Below are positions 25,834 through 39,700 of a stretch of DNA of 64,000 nt, piece by piece. The notes under the pieces are model-generated. The model was not told the origin of the DNA. It made no database searches and saw only the letters and a list, made by a program, of their open reading frames with translations. Position numbers and translations under genes: made by a program. Source of the stretch: Lytechinus pictus. Lineage: Eukaryota. The DNA lies in NCBI RefSeq assembly GCF_037042905.1, contig NC_087246.1:124001-188000 (forward strand). Reading direction: 5' to 3'. Numbering within the stretch: position 1 is the stretch's first letter; the number at the start of each line of letters is the position of its first letter.

Positions 25834-26938
25834 GTTAGAGATTACGTAATGATATAATTGAAAAGTGGGATGGGCTGTGCATCTGCCAACTCACCAGTCA
25901 ACCAATTAGAGACGGCCTTCCAAAGTGACACAGCACGAAAATATCAATATGGGACTGGTCTAGTCAACACATAGATCCTGAAAAAACCATGGAGACTGCA
26001 GACGCAAAATGACTTCCATACATAAAGATATGATGCACAATTTCCAGTGGGTTCAAAACACTGAACACATGCTATGCTGATACACAGACTATCATAAGAA
26101 CTTTATCAAGCAAAGGAAATCTGGTATGAAATCTCTCAGCTCACATAAAAAGCCTACGTAGCTACATGTAGGGAAGAAAATGCGTAATTGCTGAGAAATG
26201 AGCAAAATAAGCATGTAATTGAACTATCAAATGTCAGGTATTTTTCGAATCGATTATAATACACTGTCCCACATATGCTTTTCTGTGTTTACAGCGATCA
26301 TCAGAATTATCGATTTTAAGTTAAAAAATTCATGATTTTACAAAGATACAAGTTTACATTAATGTACCAGATGTAGATTATGTACAATATATTGACAATT
26401 AACTTTGATTTTATAGATTTTCTCAAGAAATAATTGTTAGCTGCAACTACTGTCTTTTCCTTCTAAGTGATAGTGTAATACAACAGTTCCACAAACTATT
26501 TTCATCAGACTTATTGATCCATGATTCTTTCACCCAAATGCAAGCTTCCATAAATCCTGAAAACTTTGCAACTCAGGTATTTTTTTTTTTACATACAGTA
26601 TATTTTTTCCTACATTACATAGTTGCCTTAAGTTAATAGCGCACCTCTAGTAGTAACTATCTTAAAATGAGTTCGAACAGAATCCAACAGAATTACCAGC
26701 AAAGTGTATGTATATATAAAAGATGTGTGCCAAAAAGCTCGGGAAGAAAATGTGTAATTGCTGAGAAATGAGCAAAATAAGCATGTAATTCTATCAAATG
26801 TCGGGTATTTTTCAAATCAATCATAATACACTGTCCTGTCCCACATATGCTTTTCTGTGTTAGTGATCATCAGAATTATTGATTTTAAGATCAAAATTCA
26901 TGATTTTACAAAGATACAAGTTTACATTAATTTACCAG

Positions 26939-27179
26939 GGCCCCGTCTTACAAAGAGTTATGATTGATCCGATCAATCGCAACTATGAACGGTCAGCAAC
27001 GTTAACATCTATTAAGCATGTTTGTTCAAAATATTTTCTAGCTATGATGTATGTTCATGCATTCATTGTTTTCTCAAAAATTCGCTGCAAATTTTTCGTA
27101 GAAAAAAATTATGACACTGATGGATTTCCATAGAGTTATGATTGATCGGATCAATCGTAACTCTTTGTAAGACAGGGCC
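26939..27179. mobile_element. PIF/Harbinger-like MITE
   Basis: TIR GGCCCCGTCTTACAAAGAGTTA.GATTGATCCGATCAATC with CAG TSD. Empty site visible in the tandem duplicate near 26366. Inverted copy at ~39764-40021. Confidence 0.85.
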
Positions 27180-29642
27180 CAGATCTAGATTATGTACAAT
27201 ATTTTGACAATTAACCTTAATTTAAAAGACTTTCCGAAGAAATAATTGTTTGCTGCAACTACTATCTTTTACCCCTGGCCCTAAGTGATAGTGTAATACA
27301 ACCCAAACATTTCATAAGAATTAATGTACATGTATGATTCTTTCACCCAAATGCGAGCTTCCATAAATCCTGAAACTATTCCAACTCGGGTATTTTTTTT
27401 TTACATACAGTATATTTTTACCTACATTACATAATACATAGTTGTCTAAAGTTGAAGGTATATTTAATTACAATTTCAACGAAAAAGCTTTATTCTTGGA
27501 GATCATTATGCCTCTGTTATGTATTAATGTGTATTTATACATGTACAATTGTATGTATTGGTATAACAAACATTGTAATTTCATTCCTTTGACCCTAATA
27601 CTGCATTTTCATAGAAAAGTGTTTTTTTTTCAATCTATTTAGAGTTTTCAACATTTTGTATTCCTTTTTTTTTTGCTGGTAATATGTTATGCAACTTTTA
27701 TTTATTAATAGAATATTTGCCAAGATTTCGTAATTGAAATGCGTACATGTATTTGATTTCGTTTTCCATTTTTGTATATATTCTTTTTCGGGGGGGGGGG
27801 GGGGGGGGGGTCATGTTCTTGAGACCGAGACAAGTTATGCAAGGCCCTGGCATGGAGGATCATTATATTGTTACTGGGAATGCTGGACATTGTCAGACCA
27901 CCTCAGTATTCACCAAATATAGATAATCCTCAATGACAAGGTCTTTGAAGTGATGTGTGTATGTACATTGCATGTAGAATTTAATGTTTAGGTCATTATC
28001 ACGTCAGAATACGTTAAGATATCATAGTTGACTCCAAAAGACGTCATATTCATTTCAATATGCGACGTCAATATGACGTCTATTACTAGTCAGCAATATG
28101 TTGCAAAGTCGTCATTCAGACGTCGTAGTTGACTTATAAAGACGTCATAATTACATCAATATGACGTCTGAAACTGGTCAGGAATACGTCGCAAAGTTGT
28201 CATTAAGACGTCGTAGATGACTTTTAAAGACGTCATAATTACATCAATATGACGTCTAAAACCGGTCAGGAACACGTTGCACGGATGTCATTAAGACGTC
28301 GTTGTTGACTCTCGAAGACGTCATAATCACGTCAATACACGACGTCAATCTGACCCTTGATACTGGTCAGGAAAACGTTGTAAAAACGTTGCTAAGACGT
28401 CATTAAGACGTCGTAGTCACTCTTGGAGACGTCATAATGACGTCAATATACGACGTCATAATGACGTTATTCGCGGGTGCAAGATCCCGTCAATAAGACG
28501 TCATGTTACGACGTCAAAATGACGTGACACTCGTCGTTAAACTGACGTAATTATGACGTCATTTTTACCAGTTTCTGCTATCAGGGTACTGTCTATAGCC
28601 TAGCTGCCTTTGTGTAGGCCTATAGCCCTACTGCCCTAACCAAAACGGAGCGCAGACCGGAGCTCTCTGGGGCCTGTTTCATGACGAGATGAGCGATACG
28701 TACACTGTAGGAACGTCCTAGGACCATTCTTCTGAGATAGGAGGATTGGCGACAAATCAGTGCTTTCCTTTTCACGAAGGCAATTTTGTCTTCCAAGTCC
28801 ACGATATTATTTGACATCGATAGTATCAGAAAAATATTTAGTCTATATCGTCTTCTAAAGCTTTCATTTCGGAATGACGACTTTTCATAGTATCATATAT
28901 TTCAATAAATGGAGATCAAGTAATGTTTTATTTATACTAATTGTAAAATTGATGTATGGAGCTTACTTTATGAGGTAAAAAGAGAAAAAAAACGTAAAAG
29001 ATTCACAAACAAACTGGATAAAATCAAAATTTTTCATTATTTCCCTTATTTAGAAAGTTCATGGTCTCCTTTTAAAGACACCTTTCATTGATATTTCAAC
29101 AAAAGAGACCCTTGTCCGACATGAAATTTAAATAACTAAGTAATTTCGACATTGTATTAGTTCAATATTCTGAATTTTTAAAGAATATTTATTGATAATA
29201 ATAAGTTTGCAAATTATGCGTTAAATGTTATTTGTTGAGGTAAAAATAGGGTTTGAATGGAGTAAACAAAATCAACATGTCTGGTTGTATGAGACTAAAA
29301 AGGAAAAATTTAAGAAGCTGCGTGTGAAAAATCTAATTTATTTATTTTATTTGTCAGATATAACGTAAGAAATACAAATGTGAGTGTTTAGAGTATAAAC
29401 ATACCTTTGCATGATGAGTAAACTGAAGACAAGCAAAATATGAATATTGCTGCAAACATATCCAAGTGGGTAAAGTAGTGCTTTTCAATAATAAAACATA
29501 GAAAAATGTGTGAAATTAATCCGCAATGGAAAAAAATACAACATCCAGAAACAATGCTAACAATGACAACGATCATAAACGTTGGTCATATTTAAAGTTG
29601 ATAATTTTATTGAAGTTTATATAAGAATATAAAAAATATATA

Positions 29643-30659
29643 CAGCGCGTCCCCCAAAAAATGTCCCTCTGATTTGGGACTAAATTACTTCAAAAAATTA
29701 GAACTTTTTTCAATGAAATGTATAAAACTAGGAAGCTCATATCATGTTCTAACTTCTATAAAAATTTCATTGGTCTCGCTTCAGTGGTTTTAAATACAAA
29801 GTCTATTAAACAGTGGAGCCTTTCAGCCCATTCCAAGTTTGCATGCATGCAGCACTGCTGTGTGTTCTGCACTTTCTAGCATATCAACCCCCTTTGAACA
29901 TTCTGACCAAGGAATTCCCTTATCTGACCAGGGAAATCTCCATGATCTAACCAGGCTCATCAAATCACAACCTTGAGCATGTTCAGAAGGGCAAAAACAA
30001 TATTTGACAGTTCATTTCATGTTTGATAACAGGAGATGCACAATGATTAGGACAACGGGTCATGTCTGTTTCATGCCTAATATACTGCTTTTTTTTTTCA
30101 TTACTTTTTTTAAGTTAATAAGCTACTTTGGTTAAAGTTAATTCAATGCAACTTTTAAAAAAAAATCAAAATTTTCTGTTTTTGCAAAGGGTGATTAACT
30201 TGTGGATTCCCCTTTATTTTTCAGCTTATGTTACTCATCCATCATTCCCATTTTCTTTCGAAGTTGGTGCACTGATTCCCCTTATGATATCAATCATCAA
30301 ACAAACTTAATTTTTATGTTTCTTGTCCTTCTGAACATGCCCAAGTTTATGATTTGATGAGCCTGGATATGATTAGGGAAAGGTCCTACCTGCTCAGATC
30401 TTGGATGTAAAAATGGGGATTAATATGCCATAGACAATGCAGAAATGCATCAATGCTGCAAACTTGGAATGGGCTAAAATGCACCACTGTTACGTAACAG
30501 AGTTTGTATTAAAAACCGCTGAAGCGCGACCAATGAAATTTTCATAGAAGTTAGATCATGAAATGAGCTTCCTACTCATGAACATTTATTTGAGAATACT
30601 ACCCCATTTTAGAATCAATTCAGCCCTAAGTCAGAGGGACATATTTCGGGGACGCCCTG
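29643..30659. mobile_element. Tc1/mariner-like palindromic MITE
   Basis: TA flanks. TIR CAG.GCGTCCCC.AAA.ATGTCCCTCTGA with long imperfect inverted arms. Confidence 0.85.
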
Positions 30660-31979
30660 TATCGATTAGCAAAATTTACACTCATCAAATGTTCGGCAGA
30701 TCCCGATTAGACACTTGGGATAACTCGATTACTCAAGTTAGGGTAACAAAATGACATGATAACAATGATAAAAATTGTTTTTAAATACTTGATACAGTTT
30801 TTAAAAATGTTACCGATATAATTTGTCAAAAATGAACAATGATTGTATCACATTCACAGTTAAACACCAACCTGAAAGGGGTCCGAATATTTTAATCCCA
30901 CCCGGCCTTGCATGCCCTCGATACACAATGTTTGTTGTATGCATAGGTGTATATAACTCTATGGTTGCATGTCTGTGTGCTTGAAACAGAAAGTACACAC
31001 ACAACAAGCTGACTTGAGCCGATATGTGATTGGACATTTGATGGCCAATGAAACTTCTGGGAGACAAAGAAGAAGCCACGTGCGTTCACATAAAGGTCGT
31101 GACTCCAGAAAAAAATTGACCCCTCCCCATCTCTGTGTGCGGGTGGTTTGAGCATGGTGTGAGTGAGAGAAAGGTAGCGGTGGGAGCAAGAATCCTTTCA
31201 TGTTTCAAAACAATGCAATCTCTTGGCCTCTCCTCCACTCACACACAATCAAAATAACGTTCCAACACACAGGCGTGCCATCACCTAATTCCAGATGTCG
31301 ACTAGTCTCCCAAAATACACCCAATTATAGGTTCAAATGATAAAAAATTTGTAATTTTGAGAGGTACTTCAAATGAAAAATATTTTGCAAAATATTTTTA
31401 ACATCGTTGGCAGTTTCATAGGTGGAGATTGGGGCACGGTGTGGGCAATTGATGAATTTTTTCAATAAGTAAAAGGCACCACATGTGTGTCTATCTCAAA
31501 GACTACTTCATGAATGAGTTGTTTACAGAGACATACATGTAAATTGGACCCAAGACTGTAGGCTGATTCATTTATATGCAGGGGTGTTGCACTTGGAGGG
31601 ATGCATAATACAAGCATTGATTTAAGAAAGTTTTAATCTCATTTCATTGAAATAGAAATCAAAGAGAAGGGAGAAAAAGGCTTACTTTCATTTATGAGGA
31701 ACAGATAGTATTCTACCCTAGATGTTCAATAATTGGAAAACCCTATTTGGGATGTCTTCGTAAAGTAGGTCAACTATTGGCTTAGAAGACGTGATTCCCG
31801 ACGAACAATCAAATGATTCGATTGTTTTTTCAGGAATTAATCGAATGGTAAAATTGACATTCGTCCCAGGCCTAATGTTCAACATTTCAAAGTTAAGGAG
31901 TCCAGACTACATTATTTCTTTAACATGACATAGGGGCCGATATAAGGCCTACCCTACGATTTAAAATGCGCCTCTTCAT

Positions 31980-32530
31980 CCCGGGGGGGCCACTTACATT
32001 GACGAGTGGATACCATGCGCGACCAAAAAAACACGTAAAAAGGATGTCCTTTTCACGATAGGGCACGTTACGTACGTAACGTGATAAGGGTGTCAAAAAC
32101 ACAAAAATAATGAAAAAAGGGTGTCTATTTCGCTAGGAAAATTACGTGTTTAGGGTCGAATTTGCGGGAATGATAAAACAAAATTAAAATGTTTTATAAA
32201 GGATGTCCATTTTGCCCCAACACTTCGTGTTTAGAGTCCGATTTGCGCGAGGTTTAGAAGGTGGGGTCGTACTAAACCAAATAAGGTAAAGCCGACGACC
32301 GAAGGACCCGTAACAATAAAACATTCCTGTACTTGTTTAGGGGTTCATTTCAGGGAATATTTGCCAAGAGTATCGTTTTGTTTCCAATACTTGTTAAGGG
32401 TAGGGTTTCACACGCCAATACTTGTTAAGGGGTGCATTTTCAGAATATGGAAATTACGTGTTTAGGGTGCTTTTCGAGACCCTATGGTCGCGCATGGTAT
32501 CCACTCGTGAATGGAAGTGGCCCCCCCGGG
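31980..32530. mobile_element. MITE with CCCGGGGGGGCCACTT termini and 8-bp TSD
   Basis: About 45-bp TIRs; CTCTTCAT duplicated at 31972-31979 and 32531-32538. Confidence 0.92.
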
Positions 32531-32790
32531 CTCTTCATATGGACTTTCCATAATCTTTTCTTTTATTGGTACAATGAACTTATCTTCATTTTTAATGATT
32601 GTGATGGATTCGTAAGCTATAGGCCTAATCTATATCTTAAATTCAATTAGCTAATTTGGTACTGCAGATTTTGTGTTCGTTTCATTCATTATCTCAAGTT
32701 TATATAGCACAAATCCATCAATTAATTTTCATTGATTGAAATTAATCTGAGCAGCAAAAAAAATAATTGTAATGAAAATGAAATAAAAAT

Positions 32791-33791
32791 AAACAAGTGG
32801 AGCGCCTCTGGCAGTCTCACCTGCATCGCACGATTCAATATAGCATGCAGCAGTGCTGACTTTGAAAACTACTATAATGATACAGTACTAGGTTCATTGA
32901 CAATAAATAACATTTGACCTTGATCATGCGACCTAAGACCTGTCAGTAATACTTGATTACCCCTACATCCACATGTTATAAACTGTATACTATAAACTTC
33001 AAAAGTTATTACAGCAATCTAATAATTACCTCCAAAATGGCCAAAGTTCAATGACCTTAAATGACCTTTGACTTTGGTCATGTGACCTGAAACTCACATG
33101 GGATGTTCAGTGATACTTGCTTACTCTTATATCCAAGTTTTATGTACTAGACCAATAAACTTTCAAAGTTATGATGGTAATTCAACAAATACCCCCAACT
33201 TGGCCAAAGTTCATTGACCTTAAATGATCTTTTACCTTGATCTTGTGACTTGAAACTCGCACAGGATGTTCAGTGATACTTGATTACTCTTATGTCTAAG
33301 TTTCATGCATCAGATCCATAAACTTTCAAAGTTATGATGGTAATTCAACAAATACCCCCAACTTGGCCAAAGTTCATTGACCCTAAATTACCTTTGACCT
33401 TGGTCATGTGACTTGAAACTCAAGCAGAATGTTTAGTTATACTCTATTAACCTTATGTCCAAGTTTCATGAACTAGGTCCATATATTTTCTTAGTTATGA
33501 TGACATTTCAAAAACTTAATCTCAGGTTAAGATTTTGATGTTGATTCCCCCAACATGGTCGAAGTTCATTGACCCTAAATGACATTTGACCTTGGTCATG
33601 TGACCTGAAACTCAGGCAGGATGTTTATTAATACTTGATTAATCTTATGGCCAAGTTTCATGAACTAGGTCCATATACTTTCTAAGTTATGCTGTCATTT
33701 CAAAAACTTAACCTTCGGTTAAGATTTGGTGTTGATGCCGCCGTCGGAAAAGCGGCGCCTATAGTCTCACTCTGCTTCGCAGGTGAGACAA
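32791..33791. mobile_element. Helentron/DINE-1-like element (same family as 12661-13476)
   Basis: Same termini and tandem units. Its 3' part is duplicated in inverse at 61198-61310. Confidence 0.7.
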
Positions 33792-34165
33792 TATAATGAT
33801 TTATCATGTTTAGTAACATCTTAGAGTGAACTTAGACTCTTAGTTCTGTATCCTGTTTTTTTTTTTTGCTGAACGTTATAATTTGTTTTCATGTTGATTC
33901 TAATGAGGGGTCAGAGAGATTGCCGCCCATTTCAATATTTCAAGTTAATTTTTTTTTTCTAATGGAAAAGGGGTGGGGAAAAGACAGGAGGGAGAATAAA
34001 AGAAAACATATTCAAAAAAATTATTTGGGCCTAGATTACCCTAGAGAAGTTAAAATGACATCCGTTTTCGGTCGTCTTGCCATGAAAGACGACCTGATAT
34101 TGATGACAACTAGAGCTAGCCCCATATAAAAAAATAACTTGGCGCCATCCGAGATAAAATGCATC

Positions 34166-34246
34166 TTCTTCTTCTTCCTCCGTTAGCTTCGGAGATCAGC
34201 AGAGAGATCCTGCACAAAGGTAGATGTATTCAGCAGAGAGGACTAG
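34166..34246 (-). mobile_element. Very short 5'-truncated LINE 3' end with (GAA)n tail
   Basis: TGCATC TSD (34160-34165, 34247-34252). Empty site at the homologous position near 60815. Confidence 0.75.
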
Positions 34247-34593
34247 TGCATCAGAGTGCACTCGAATGACCCCCCAAAAATGTTTAAAGGTGATATGTCA
34301 GTGTTGCTTGCCGTAAACGTATTTTTCTCTCAATGCCGACAGTGGCGGGCAGTGTGCAAAAAAGATCATGCCTATATAGGACAGGTCTGGAGGTGTCTTT
34401 CCAAGGACCATTCTTCGTATCGCCCAAATCGGCTTTGTGAAACAGTTGAGCGATATCTTATTCTTACTTAGAACGGTTCTACGAAAGACCATTTCATGCA
34501 ACAGGCCCCAGGAGTCGACCGTGCAAACTGGCATAACTGGACTCTGGGTTACTGGACTCTGAGCTTTATAATATTGTAAAGCACAGTCTAGCC

Positions 34594-35039
34594 TAGACCA
34601 AAAGCTTCGGTCTCTGTTTTGTTGGTTGTTCAGCTGAACTCTGTTGGCTTCACTCACCAAATACAGAGACCGAAGTTCTAGCGCGATCTGTGCAGGGGAC
34701 TCAATGGCCATATGTTGATGTGTATTAAGTTCGGATAAAACAGGGCAGTGAAGTTGTGCGACAGCCAAGGTAAGTCACTGTTTTTGTTCCTTTTAACTTG
34801 ATTTTCCCCGTTTTTTGGCAATTAATGCCAAGAGGGAATATTAATTTGCATTTCGGTCGCGTTAATTTTCAAAAGTTTGATTCATTAAAGACAAAAATTG
34901 AAGAGCCCCGACGGAGGGATTTTGCATTGTAAGTCCCCTTATGGTGGCTGCACGATAGCGAGCCGTCTGTGTATGAGAGAAATTAAAAAAATAAAAAATG
35001 TTAAAAAACTCCTCGAAACAGACGGCTGCCAGCTGTGTA
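34594..35039. mobile_element. 446-bp AcademH-like non-autonomous element
   Basis: Begins TAGACCAAAAGCTTC (same end type as 47557, 53676, 60575) and ends GTGTA. AGTCTAGCC is duplicated at 34585-34593 and 35040-35048. Confidence 0.75.
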
Positions 35040-36631
35040 AGTCTAGCCCACCCAAGCCTGCCTGCCACCGCCCAAGGGTTCATTACATGCCGCCGCGCAC
35101 AGAAAAATCAAGCCATAGTCACTCATAGAACTTAGAAGTCGTGTGTTGTGGACACCAGAAGTGAGATCCCAGCACGCGCGACCCACTTGTTAGAAATCCA
35201 CTGCCAAATGCGGTTCATGGTGCGAGGTTAGTATATGGCAGTGTATCCTATTGCCGGACACCTTTATTTCAGTGCTTTAAAAATGACAACTAGAGGAAAT
35301 ACAATCAAGAAAAATTCACACTTGCTATTCCAAATATTATGAAAATTATGAATATGATAAAATTATTTTATATTTACCAACCATTTTCTTTGCATCGCAC
35401 TTGCCGCATACCCCTCCACGAAAAACAATTATTTTCGTGCGCGACAAATTACATCATGATTCCGGACACGCGCCGGACGGTTAAAGATATCCTTGATTAT
35501 AATGATGTAAGAACAAATTTTTGTGATTTTTTTCTTCTTATATCATATCATGAGTAAATTCTAAGTATTATTTGCTTCTTTTATATCGAATCTGAGCAGA
35601 TGTTGGTAATAAATTCGTGTTTGATAACTTATTTTATTTTGTCTTGTTAGCTGCATGTTCCATGGCACTTTCCAATAATAATATGCTCGCGTTCGTAACG
35701 TGACGCTCATCAAGTTCTATCGATGCGCTGCCGATCGACGGCTCTACTCACGGTAAACCTCGCGCACGGGTACCTTGAGAACTAGCCGTCGACGATCACC
35801 CACAATACACCACACCTCATCATTCGATCGAACTCGAAGGAGCGGACGAGATTGAAATTCGGCAAATCAGGCCCATATTTCCGTTAGAAAATATATCAAT
35901 TGTTAATACAAAACTATGTTATATCATATGATATTTTAAGCATTTTCTGTCATTTTTAGAGATAATTAGGTAAAAGTTGGATTTTTCGCTTTGTTTTTGC
36001 AATCTTGTTCTAGGCTAGGTATTGCTCTGTGAAATTGAATTGCGGAAGTCTTAGTTACGGTACGAATTTGTTTTAGAACGCATTAATATGCGCGTCCGGA
36101 ATCATAATAGTGTCCGGTAATACAATAATAGTAGACAGGAATAACCGTCGTTTCTGGGGATTTATTCAACAATTTCTGACATTTTACTGTAATCCCCATT
36201 AACCGACGGTAGGGTATACGTGTGGGCTCGCATGTTTTCTCATTCCCACCCTTTTGTCAATTCACAGTCCAAAGTTTGATGTAATTTTACACATCGAATT
36301 TACAATCTAAGGATGTATAGCCATCAAACTTTTAAACCATGATATTTAGTGAAGACAATATTTTAAACGATATAGATTTAAAAGGCATGAAAAATTATAC
36401 TTTACCGATGTTTAATTGGGTTGAACACGATCAAAATAGTCAATATGGCAGCCAAACTGTGAAATATTTACAAACGAACGGAGAGGGCGTCAACAATCAC
36501 GAATGTGATATCGATATTGCTTTCGATATTATACGATCTGCTCTTTATGCGAGCGAAACCGCTACGATCACAAGTAGCAGACGACAATCAAACGATCACT
36601 TTAGTTCAAGCAGCATAAACGAAAGGCCTGC

Positions 36632-36799
36632 ATGATGGATGCTGTAGCCAAGGGGATATTTGGGGAACACTTCACTCTCAAGCCTGACCAGCGGGAAGCG
36701 CTACAGTGTTTGGAGGACGGGAGAGACCTGTGGGTCCAGCTCCCCACTGGACATGGAAAGTCGGCGATTTTCACCGTCTTTCCGATATGGAAATCAAAG
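36632..36799 (+). pseudogene. First exon of a RecQ-like superfamily 2 helicase (Q motif + Walker A); downstream exons not recognisable
   Basis: FTLKPDQREALQCLEDGRDLWVQLPTGHGKSAIF resembles the RecQ LKPxQ..GRD....PTGxGKS region. Probable phase-0 donor AAG|GT at 36800. Confidence 0.8.
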
Positions 36800-39700
36800 G
36801 TTATTAATTTTTTAATAGGCCTACTTTATTATAAAATATTGGGAAAATGATAACTACCGTAGTATTAACTTTGACATTCAAAATGCAGCTTTCATCGTTT
36901 AGACCCAGATCTAGGTTTGTGGATCACTTAAATTCAAGCAGTATAAACATATGGCCTATTTATACTACATAATCGTTTCAATTGAATATCAAATGGCACT
37001 AAAACACTTATATGATGCTATATCTGCATACTAGTCTAACACTGAACATAAAATGAGTGAAAAAATGATTTTAACAGAAAATATTTTTATAGGTTAGAAG
37101 TTCCCATAGACCACTACTCCAACTGACCAGACATACAGTCCCAGTTAAATCAAATACACAATTTATTACGTTTATTTACACCTTATTCTTTCTATTCTTC
37201 TTTCATTTTACACTATTTATTTTGTGTTGGGCTATTCTGATGACTGGCCACATTGAATGCATTTGTTTATTTCAATGTTTTTAAATCTTTTCTATGTGAA
37301 CACTGACTGAAATTAAGTATAACGTCGATTATTGCAATCCACACAGTCAAGTCCTGGATCTTCTCGTATAGGCCTATACGTTCAAATCGCTGTACAGAGT
37401 TGCTATGATTGTCGTCTCAGGGGGATATGAGTCAATTTTGAAAAGACATTTCCAACATCTTTATACCTATCATATTTAAATGTCTGATTAAGAAACCTTC
37501 AAACACCCTCCCCCCCCCAAAAAAAAAGGGGGAACAAACTCTAAGAAATGATGTTAAAATTCTGCAATAGCTATCTATTCAAAGTGTTATTTGAGGGCTC
37601 CAATTATAGGCTTTATCATCGAACCATTCAAATTTGAAGGAAAGGGGAGTGTCTCCTTTGCGTCGCTATTATCACCACAATAGAGGCTATACTGCTTGTT
37701 TAAGACGACTCGTAATATTAGATCCATATTGACCTTTATACTCTCATGTAGGACCTTTAGGTCTAACTATTCTAAAAACGCAAAACTTTAAAGACAATCA
37801 GACCAATTAATGCTACACAGAGTGAACGCCAATTCAGATCCACCCAATCGGCTGGCAAGAAAAAAAAGGAGAGAAAGAGAAAGGAAGAAAGAAAGTGGGG
37901 TTAAAGAAGAATTATTGTCGACCTATGTTATAATGATAATAATAATGGATGTGTAATGCGCCAAATCCACTCGGCAGGGTGCCCGAGGCGCAGTGAAAGA
38001 AAGAAAAACACAGAGAGAAAAATACAAAGTATGTTATAATATATGAAATTATATTACGTGTATTTTTATTTCAGAACTATTTATGAAACATAATTTGCTT
38101 AAATGTTAGTCCCTACTGGTGCTTGCGTTGTCTGTTTGATGAGATAAATAATCCTGTTTAAGGAGATTAAATGGTTCTAAATCATCCCGTTTCCAAGTCC
38201 ATAAATATACACCAAATATATTTCCTTGTATTCGGATTTTTCAAAATTATTGTATATAGTGACATTGATTTTTTTTAATGACTACTACATTTGCCGCATT
38301 TAAGGTCTAAATATAAAACATTTCCAGTCCGTGCTTACGTTGACATTAGTGCATTGGCCATACCCCTGATAGCAGAAACTGGTAAAAATGACGTCATAAT
38401 TACGTCAGTTTAACGACGAGTGTCACGTCATTTTGACGTCGTAACATGACGTCTTATTGACGGGATCTTGCACCCGCGAATAACGTCATTATGACGTCGT
38501 ATATTGACGTCATTATGACGTCTCCAAGAGTGACTATGACGTCTTAATGACGTCTTAGCAACGTTTTTACAACGTTTTCCTGACCAGTATCAAGGGTCAG
38601 ATTGACGTCGTGTATTGACGTGATTATGACGTCTTCGAGAGTCAACAACGACGTCTTAATGACATCCGTGCAACGTGTTCCTGACCGGTTTTAGACGTCA
38701 TATTGATGTAATTATGACGTCTTTAAAAGTCATCTACGACGTCTTAATGACAACTTTGCGACGTATTCCTGACCAGTTTCAGACGTCATATTGATGTAAT
38801 TATGACGTCTTTATAAGTCAACTACGACGTCTGAATGACGACTTTGCAACATATTGCTGACTAGTAATAGACGTCATATTGACGTCGCATATTGAAATGA
38901 ATATGACGTCTTTTGGAGTCAACTATGATATCTTAACGTATTCTGACGTGATAATGACCTAAACATTAAATTCTACATGCAATGTACATACACACATCAC
39001 TTCAAAGACCTTGTCATTGAGGATTATCTATATTTGGTGAATACTGAGGTGGTCTGACAATGTCCAGCATTCCCAGTAACAATATAATGATCCTCCATGC
39101 CAGGGCCTTGCATAACTTGTCTCGGTCTCAAGAACATGACCCCCCCCCCCCCGAAAAAGAATATATACAAAAATGGAAAACGAAATCAAATACATGTACG
39201 CATTTCAATTACGAAATCGTGGCAAATATTCTATTAATAAATAAAAGTTGCATAACATATTACCAGCAAAAAAAAAAGGAATACAAAATGTTGAAAACTC
39301 TAAATAGATTGAAAAAAAAAAAACTTTTCTATGAAAATGCAGTATTAGGGTCAAAGGAATGAAATTACAATGTTTGTTATACCAATACATACAATTGTAC
39401 ATGTATAAATACACATTAATACATAACAGAGGCATAATGATCTCCAAGAATAAAGCTTTTTCGTTGAAATTGTAATTAAATATACCTTCAACTTTAGACA
39501 ACTATGTAATGTAGGTAAAAATATACTGTATGTAAAAAAAAAAATACCTGAGTTGGAATAGTTTCAGGATTTATGGAAGCTCGCATTTGGGTGAAAGAAT
39601 CATACATGTACATTAATTCTTATGAAATGTTTGGGTTGTATTACACTATCACTTAGGGCCAGGGGTAAAAGACAGTAGTTGCAGCAAACAATTATTTCTT

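Larger units (their letters stand above)
19682..28586. mobile_element. Large non-autonomous CACTA/EnSpm-like transposon, copy 1
   Basis: TIR CCCTGATAGCAGA / TCTGCTATCAGGG, 2-bp TSD TA, and long GACGTC-rich subterminal repeat arrays at both ends (19700-20150, 28000-28570). Confidence 0.85.
19240..28591. mobile_element. ~445-bp hAT-like MITE with 5-bp TSD, whose right TIR is split by the 8.9-kb EnSpm-like insertion
   Basis: Left TIR CAGTAGAGGCACAC..CCAATATGGGAGAC. Right TIR ..GTGCGCCTCTA[insert]TA-CTG. TCTAT at 19235-19239 and 28592-28596. Confidence 0.8.

Noticed and set aside
28668..34510. Possible large Harbinger element with a transposase remnant (THTMLKPP..LYVNARGF..NVQ, ~31000-31170, minus strand)
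   Set aside because: GGGCCTGTT.CATG-type ends face each other, but the flanking triplets disagree (CTG vs CAG). The peptide similarity is too weak to call without a profile search.
36339..36635. 98-aa ORF upstream of the helicase exon
   Set aside because: No recognisable motif. The homologous region at 54100-54310 has indels, consistent with non-coding transposon end sequence.
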